A DNA stretch of 64,000 nt from Candidatus Sumerlaeaceae bacterium (GTDB lineage: Bacteria > Sumerlaeota > Sumerlaeia > Sumerlaeales > Sumerlaeaceae): assembly GCA_051003195.1 (NCBI GenBank), contig JBPCLP010000044.1:35502-99501 (forward strand). Reading direction: 5' to 3'. The translations under genes and the position numbers were made by a program. Below the pieces are notes generated by a model. That model ran no database searches. It was not told where the DNA came from and was given only the letters and a program-made list of their open reading frames with translations. Below, one piece after another: positions 58,494 to 64,000 of the stretch; the stretch's first letter is position 1; each line of letters begins with the position of its first letter.

Positions 58494-60161
58494 ATGGGAG
58501 GACGAGCAACGTGCCTGCCGTGGTTACTCTTTGCAGTCGTTGCGCTATGCAGCGCAGGCGCCTTCAGCACAATCGTAGATTACAAAGCAGCGACTCTACC
58601 GTCGGGCCGCTCAGTGGTTGGATTGCCGCATGTGGACCTTCTCGTTTACTACGCGTGCGCACGCGAGACCTGGGACGAGCATTCTATTTTGTGCTACGCT
58701 TCGCCTTATTCCAGTCTGCAGGACAGCCCGCGAGTATACAGTCACTTTGGTTTTCTGGTAATGGGGATAGTATGGCGCGGCCTGGGTTTGACGCTCTTTC
58801 AGGCAGATCAGCTTTTGCGCATGGTGTTCGGCACCCTCATGCTCGTGCTGGGAGCCGGAGTAGTAAGGACGGCTCTGCCCATGCACGAGCGTGATAAGCC
58901 GATCGCTTTAGCCGGTTACGTCTTGGTTATCTGCGGCGGGGGGGTGGCATGGCTCGCGGGGCTGTGGCAATTGGTTGCCGACTGGGTCATGGTATGGGTG
59001 GTGGATGGCGTTCGACTCGAGTCAGGTGCCTGGTTTAGCACCTGGCCCCAGGCAGTCGAATCAGCGGAAGGCGGCTACGGTGAATGGGGAGCAAGTCCGG
59101 TGCGTGTGCTCTTCAGCGTGCCGGAATGCATTTACCATGTCCTGTTCTTCGGTTGTATGTTATCGCTGCTGCAGGGGCGGAAGGCTCTTGGGCTTCTCCT
59201 GCTGTTCCTGACATGGTGGTCACATCCGTTTACCGGTGCGCTTCTTGGCTGCATCGTCTGCGTATATTCTGTCGCGCAGTACACACGTCGAAGTGGCGAT
59301 CTGTGGTTTGTGGCTGCCGCTGGCACTCTCCAGGTGGTATTTATGACCTACTACCTACTTTACCTTCCACGCTTTCCCGAACACCTTACAGTAAGTAAAC
59401 AGATGGCGGGATTTTCGGCTTCCATGTTATTGTCCAAGATGCTTCCTGCTTACGGGCTACTCGTGCTGCTGCCGTTTGCGAATGTTAAACGTTGGCGAAG
59501 AACTTCAGCGAAAGCGGATTCTTCGGACATACTGATGTGTACTTGGCTCGCATGCGAACTGCTGCTGATGTTTCATGATCGGATCACGTCGACTCCCATG
59601 CAGCCCATGCACTTTACACGGGGTTATTTATATTTGCCGCTGGTATACTTTTCGGTCAGGGCACTGCACCAGCTGCCAGGCCTCGCTCACGCCCGCAAAT
59701 ACCAGCTCTACTGTGCGGGTCTCCTGCTATTGATGCAATTGCCCGATACTGTTCTGTACCTGTCACGGTTGCCCGAGCAGTTACGCCGTGGCGAGATGCA
59801 TTTTTCAGTGCAGCATGACATCCTTAACACGCTGCAGAAACTGGACGGTATAAAGGATACCCTGACGATTCATGTACTGGTGTCGGCTAATATGCGGTCC
59901 GCTGAAGGACTCATACCGGTTTTGACACATCACCGGGCGTTGAAAGCCCATACATTCAATGTGCCATTCCTGCCGGAGAAGAACCTGTATACCCGAGCAC
60001 TTGAATCTGCCCTTGATGACAATTTGCCCGGCAGATTTGGTTTAAATGCGCTAATTGTTGGAGCCGAACAAGCGCGGCAACTCTCCGACCAAGGGCTTTC
60101 GATCGGTGCACCAATGAACCTCGAAGGCGAACGCTACCTGGTGCGTGTACCCAGTTTATGA
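58494..60161 (+). CDS. Multi-TM membrane protein, GT-C-like
   Basis: DLLVYYACARE, SHPFTG, HFTRGY; many TM segments. Start ATG 58494 or GTG 58464. Confidence 0.6.
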   Translation: MGGRATCLPWLLFAVVALCSAGAFSTIVDYKAATLPSGRSVVGLPHVDLLVYYACARETWDEHSILCYASPYSSLQDSPRVYSHFGFLVMGIVWRGLGLTLFQADQLLRMVFGTLMLVLGAGVVRTALPMHERDKPIALAGYVLVICGGGVAWLAGLWQLVADWVMVWVVDGVRLESGAWFSTWPQAVESAEGGYGEWGASPVRVLFSVPECIYHVLFFGCMLSLLQGRKALGLLLLFLTWWSHPFTGALLGCIVCVYSVAQYTRRSGDLWFVAAAGTLQVVFMTYYLLYLPRFPEHLTVSKQMAGFSASMLLSKMLPAYGLLVLLPFANVKRWRRTSAKADSSDILMCTWLACELLLMFHDRITSTPMQPMHFTRGYLYLPLVYFSVRALHQLPGLAHARKYQLYCAGLLLLMQLPDTVLYLSRLPEQLRRGEMHFSVQHDILNTLQKLDGIKDTLTIHVLVSANMRSAEGLIPVLTHHRALKAHTFNVPFLPEKNLYTRALESALDDNLPGRFGLNALIVGAEQARQLSDQGLSIGAPMNLEGERYLVRVPSL

Positions 60162-61561
60162 AGTACTGGCGCAACGCACTGGCCGATCCATGGCTCGTGG
60201 CAACCTGTGCGTTTGTATTGGTGGCGTTCGGCTATATGGAGTACCTTGCCATTAACAACTGGATGGCTGGACGGTGGTACCTGGCTGACGTCGGCAACCT
60301 GCAGCAAGCGCTGGTGAACACTCTGCACGGCAATTTTATGTGGGCGCCACTCGTAGAGACGAACCACTACCGCTACCACTTCACTCCCCTCCTGACGGCC
60401 CTGGCACCACTCACGCTGATTAGCGATTATCCGATTCCCCTGGTCACTGTTTACACTCTGGCATTGGCGTGCTGTCCGCTGCCATTGTATCGCATCGCAC
60501 GCGAAGCCGGCCTGCATGGCTCGCTGCGGTTTGCAGTCGGGTTCCTGTTTTTGACGAACCATTTTGTTGGATCGATTCAGCTCGCGTATCATTTTGAGAC
60601 GCTTTTTGTCCTGCTCATGTTGTGCACCATCGCGTTTGCACATGCACGATCGAAGTGGCCTGTCATTCTCAGTGCCGCAGGAACGCTGATGGTAAAGGAA
60701 GATGCAGCACTCTGGTGCGGTTGCTTCGCGGTGTTCCTGATGTTTCAGCGCGAAAACCAGGACCGGGCGCGTGGCCGGTGGCTGCTGCTTGCATCGCTGG
60801 GAGCGCTCGCAATTGGAGTAGGCACAGTTTGGTACCTCGGACGCGGTTCGGATAGTAATGCATCGTTTTACCTGGAGCGTGCCGGAACCCTGGAGCTGAG
60901 CTGGACCGGATTGCGCAGCCTCGATCTGTTGATCGTTTCGGCTGGCGGTGTTTGCCTGCTGGGTGGCTGGAGTGCTTTGCTCGCGGCTGCCCCGGCTATC
61001 ATGCTCCTAAGCAGCTACTACTTCACGCAGGCGCTAACGTATTACTACAGCTACCCGTTTATACCGTTCCTGTTCCTGGCACTTATTAACGGGACGGCTC
61101 GGCTTTTGCGCATGATTCAGCGGTCACGAATGCAACCAGGGACAGCCAATTGCCTTTTGGCTATTTACCTGATATGTGTGGGAGCTGTGCAGTTCTTTCT
61201 GCCGACGAGAACTGACGACTACGTTCGACTGCCGGCGCCGGTCGATCCGCATGCTTTGCTTCGTATCCATGTCGCGCGGAATGTATTGCCGCCGGATGTG
61301 CCTACGGTCATCCAGTTCGGGCTATGGGGTGTTACGCCCAAGCGAACGGAGGCATGGCAGTTCAATGAGAAGAACATTCAACCGGGACGCTATGTGTTCG
61401 CCGATTTGCAGTCGCCTTATGCAATGCCGACAGCGAGGTATGTAGAGATCATGCGAGACCTGATGGACGAAGTGGCGGCGGGAAAACGAAAGCTGCTGTA
61501 TTCGAAAGATGAGATTTTCGTGGTGAGTCCGCAGACAGGGTCCCAAGCGAATTCCCAGTGA
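60158..61561 (+). CDS. DUF2079-like membrane protein (GT-C-like)
   Basis: DVGNLQQAL.NT, HFTP, FHFE-like YHFE, VKED motifs; ATGA overlap with the upstream gene. Confidence 0.7.
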   Translation: MKYWRNALADPWLVATCAFVLVAFGYMEYLAINNWMAGRWYLADVGNLQQALVNTLHGNFMWAPLVETNHYRYHFTPLLTALAPLTLISDYPIPLVTVYTLALACCPLPLYRIAREAGLHGSLRFAVGFLFLTNHFVGSIQLAYHFETLFVLLMLCTIAFAHARSKWPVILSAAGTLMVKEDAALWCGCFAVFLMFQRENQDRARGRWLLLASLGALAIGVGTVWYLGRGSDSNASFYLERAGTLELSWTGLRSLDLLIVSAGGVCLLGGWSALLAAAPAIMLLSSYYFTQALTYYYSYPFIPFLFLALINGTARLLRMIQRSRMQPGTANCLLAIYLICVGAVQFFLPTRTDDYVRLPAPVDPHALLRIHVARNVLPPDVPTVIQFGLWGVTPKRTEAWQFNEKNIQPGRYVFADLQSPYAMPTARYVEIMRDLMDEVAAGKRKLLYSKDEIFVVSPQTGSQANSQ

Positions 61562-63279
61562 GGCATGTAAAAACCATCCTTGGCGCCAAATGGATTATGC
61601 TGGACAATATTGTCCGCAGCATCCGCAGCCATTTATGGGTCCACGTGGCGGCGGGCATCTTCACACTGGTACTGCTCATCACATTCGGGGGCGTGCTTTT
61701 CTGGGAGATGTTCCGCTACCTTCTGACACTCGAGCCATTTGGCGCTCCGCTGATGGAGCGGCTGGTCGGGATCGTGCTGCTCGCGTTCTTCTCCATGCTG
61801 ACCTTTTCGAATCTCATTATTACGCTCACGACGACATACATTTCCAAGGAAACCGAGTTTCTGCTGGGATACCCTCTACCTTACAGGACCGTATTTTCGA
61901 TCAAGCTTGCCGAGTCGATCTTTTACAGTTCGTGGGCATTCGTGCTGCTGAGCGTGCCACTATTCACAGCCTATGGCATCGCGAAAAAAGCTAACCTTGG
62001 ATTCTACCCTGCGGCGATTTTCCTCGGGCTGCCCTTCCTCGTAATTCCCGCCGCGCTCGGCGCGTTCATCACGATGCTGCTCAGTGCTTATCTGCCGGCA
62101 AAGCGCGCGCGTGTATATTCTATTGGGCTGCTGTTGGGCGCACTGGCGGTTACAGGCGGACTCGTCCGGATGATGGGCCTGAGGACGCTTCTTCGCAATG
62201 CGGACACGCAGGAGTTCGGACAGATTATGTCGATGCTGAATGTTGGCAATGTACCACTGCTGCCAAACTACTGGCTCGCACGCGGAATGCAGTCCGCCAG
62301 CAGCGGTCACTGGCTGGAGACCGGCTACTGGTGGCTGATGCTGGCCTCAACGGCATGCATGATGGTGCAGGTATGTTTGTGGCTCGTTCCGGCACTCTAT
62401 TACCGAGGGTGGTCACTGGCGAAAGAGGGCGCAAGCGCAACCACAACCGTTGCGGGCTGGTCGCCGTTTCCGCTACTTGACAGGGTAATGGGTGTGTTCA
62501 CCCGACCGGTCGCGGCGCTTATCGGCAAAGACATGCGAACGTTCTGGCGGGATCCAAGTCAATGGTCCCAGCTTGTCATTTTGTTCGGGCTACTCATCAT
62601 CTATGTTGCCAATATCCGCGGCTTGACACGTGAACTGGCGGCCCTGGAAAACCTTTTCCGCCAATGGCCTACGATTTTATCGTTCTTCAATCTTGGTGCC
62701 ACATGCTTCGTGGTTTGTATCCTGACCACGCGCTTCATATACCCAATGCTTAGTCTTGAGGGTAAGCAGTACTGGGTCGTGGGGCTGGCACCATTCCCCA
62801 AACGCAAACTCATCTGGGAGAAATATGGCTTATGCCTGACAATTGCTGTCGGTCTTGCCGCAGTCCTGATTATTTTTTCTAACTACATGCTGCAGGTACG
62901 ACTGGCCCTGGCATGGATCAGCGTGACGACGGTGCTCATTATGGGAGTGGGTCTGACCAGCCTGGCCGTGGGATTAGGCGCCACGTTTCCGGATTTTCGA
63001 CAGGATAATCCCGCGCGCATTGCAAATGGGCTGGGGGGTACGGCTAACATTGTGTTCAGCCTTTTTTATATTGGAGGCAACATCGGCCTGGAACTGCCGC
63101 CTACGTTCGTTCTGATTCAGCAACTGCAGGAAGGAGCGCCGTTCTGGTTGGCGGCGCGCGAAGCTCTGCGGGTCATGTGGCCCTGCTTTTTAGGGTTTGT
63201 TGTGCTGAATGGATTAGTTATCTATCTGCCGATGCGCGTCGGCATCCGGCGGTGGGAAAACCTGGAGTTTCATCTTTAG
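61558..63279 (+). CDS. Putative ABC-2 type exporter permease subunit
   Basis: Duplicated permease halves; KDMRTFWRDPSQWSQ, RFIYPMLSLEG, DNPARIANG; GTGA overlap with the upstream gene. Confidence 0.8.
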   Translation: MRHVKTILGAKWIMLDNIVRSIRSHLWVHVAAGIFTLVLLITFGGVLFWEMFRYLLTLEPFGAPLMERLVGIVLLAFFSMLTFSNLIITLTTTYISKETEFLLGYPLPYRTVFSIKLAESIFYSSWAFVLLSVPLFTAYGIAKKANLGFYPAAIFLGLPFLVIPAALGAFITMLLSAYLPAKRARVYSIGLLLGALAVTGGLVRMMGLRTLLRNADTQEFGQIMSMLNVGNVPLLPNYWLARGMQSASSGHWLETGYWWLMLASTACMMVQVCLWLVPALYYRGWSLAKEGASATTTVAGWSPFPLLDRVMGVFTRPVAALIGKDMRTFWRDPSQWSQLVILFGLLIIYVANIRGLTRELAALENLFRQWPTILSFFNLGATCFVVCILTTRFIYPMLSLEGKQYWVVGLAPFPKRKLIWEKYGLCLTIAVGLAAVLIIFSNYMLQVRLALAWISVTTVLIMGVGLTSLAVGLGATFPDFRQDNPARIANGLGGTANIVFSLFYIGGNIGLELPPTFVLIQQLQEGAPFWLAAREALRVMWPCFLGFVVLNGLVIYLPMRVGIRRWENLEFHL

Positions 63280-63388
63280 CGCGATAAGTTGCAGGACGTG
63301 CGTGACGAAAGTTCCGTTTAGCAAAAGAGGATAACGGATTTCGAAGGCGGCCATCAGGGACGAAAGTTCTAATGGAACCTTCTACGGA

Positions 63389-63790
63389 CTACAGATTTGG
63401 GGCGGACGCGGGTTGTTGCTCGGTCTGACCCATTGCATTGGTGGTACCGCCGCTTTCAGTCCGGTTACCTGAGCCATCGCTATTCCCGCCGCCGCCGGCG
63501 CTGGTGACGCTGGGGTTCTGTTCCCCTGAAACTTTTAGCTCACGTCCCATTTTGAACGTCACAACGCGGCGTGCAGGGATAGGGTATTCTTTCTTATCCT
63601 TGGGATTTCGACCAATGCGCTCTTTGCGCTTTTTGGTTTGAAATACACCGAAGTCACGAATCTCAAGCCGGCCCTCCTCTGCCACGATTTTCTTCATGGC
63701 CTCAATGATGGAGTCGACAATGACCAGAGCTTCCTTGTCCTTCATCTTCAGGTGCTCTGCGACCCGCTTGACTATCTCTACTTTGATCAT
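63389..63790 (-). CDS. HU/IHF family DNA-binding protein with Gly/Ser-rich tail
   Basis: MIKVEIVKRVA, LEIRDFGVF, RIGRNPK, IPARRVVTFK. Confidence 0.92.
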   Translation of the reverse strand: MIKVEIVKRVAEHLKMKDKEALVIVDSIIEAMKKIVAEEGRLEIRDFGVFQTKKRKERIGRNPKDKKEYPIPARRVVTFKMGRELKVSGEQNPSVTSAGGGGNSDGSGNRTESGGTTNAMGQTEQQPASAPNL

Positions 63791-64000
63791 TCGTGACCTG
63801 CCGTGCTGATGTTGTTGCGCTTCCGCATGGCACCAAAGCCGAACAGCTGTGGCAGCGCGTCGATCGTGTTCTTCCTGAAAGCAGGACCTCGCCCCGGAAA
63901 AGCTCAAGGGAAAAATGGACACGAAGAACAGGTGAAAAGCGGAGGTTTAACGACTTAGCCAATCCTCGTATTCCAAATGGAAACGGCGGGTGCTGTGCAC

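Noticed and set aside
63304..63369. GACGAAAGTTC direct repeat, considered as a hammerhead ribozyme or element end
   Set aside because: No CTGANGA core on the same strand and no supporting stems; only two 11-bp copies.
1..64000. The many 60-250 aa alternative-frame and antisense ORFs in the track (e.g. 1968-2636, 9652-10248, 36052-36942, 49938-50561)
   Set aside because: They overlap well-supported genes, have no recognisable motifs and are expected shadow ORFs in GC-rich DNA.

Overview
A 64 kb GC-rich bacterial chromosome segment with about 50 protein-coding genes. I found no rRNA, intact tRNA, CRISPR array, transposase or integrase. The prepilin-like gene at 24179 (AFTLIELLIVVAIIAILAAIAVPNLLEAQVRSKVSRVKADMRS...YDPTNG) resembles the family expanded in Candidatus Sumerlaeota (BRC1); this taxonomic assignment is an inference. 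The first ~17 kb is accessory and carbohydrate-related: the 3' part of an NdvB/Cgs-type GH94 gene, a ribose-type ABC operon, a repeat-rich 1 kb gap, a His-rich metal transporter, an aldo-keto reductase, an SGNH hydrolase, a DUF4394 protein and a fused binding-protein/permease ABC unit. The rest mixes housekeeping genes (thrC, thiE-like, prfC, ptsH, glmU, asnB, hisN-like, ruvC, HU/IHF), signalling genes (GGDEF-EAL, PAS histidine kinase) and many GT-C-like, MBOAT and other envelope proteins. The most striking feature is a ~1370 aa protein (33718-37839) joining a primase-type CHC2 zinc-binding domain, ~1000 aa of TPR repeats and an apparently intact DnaA AAA+ domain that lacks DnaA domains I and IV. 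It lies head-to-head with a degenerate 5'-nucleotidase/tetraheme cytochrome fusion. Other points: two small basic proteins missed by the ORF track (29 and 36 aa, both with strong Shine-Dalgarno sites), a probable ATA start for rbsA, a GlmU with an eroded acetyltransferase site, an orphan ftsL-like gene, and several REP-like repeat families. All calls come from reading motifs by eye; no database searches were run, and many start codons are best estimates.
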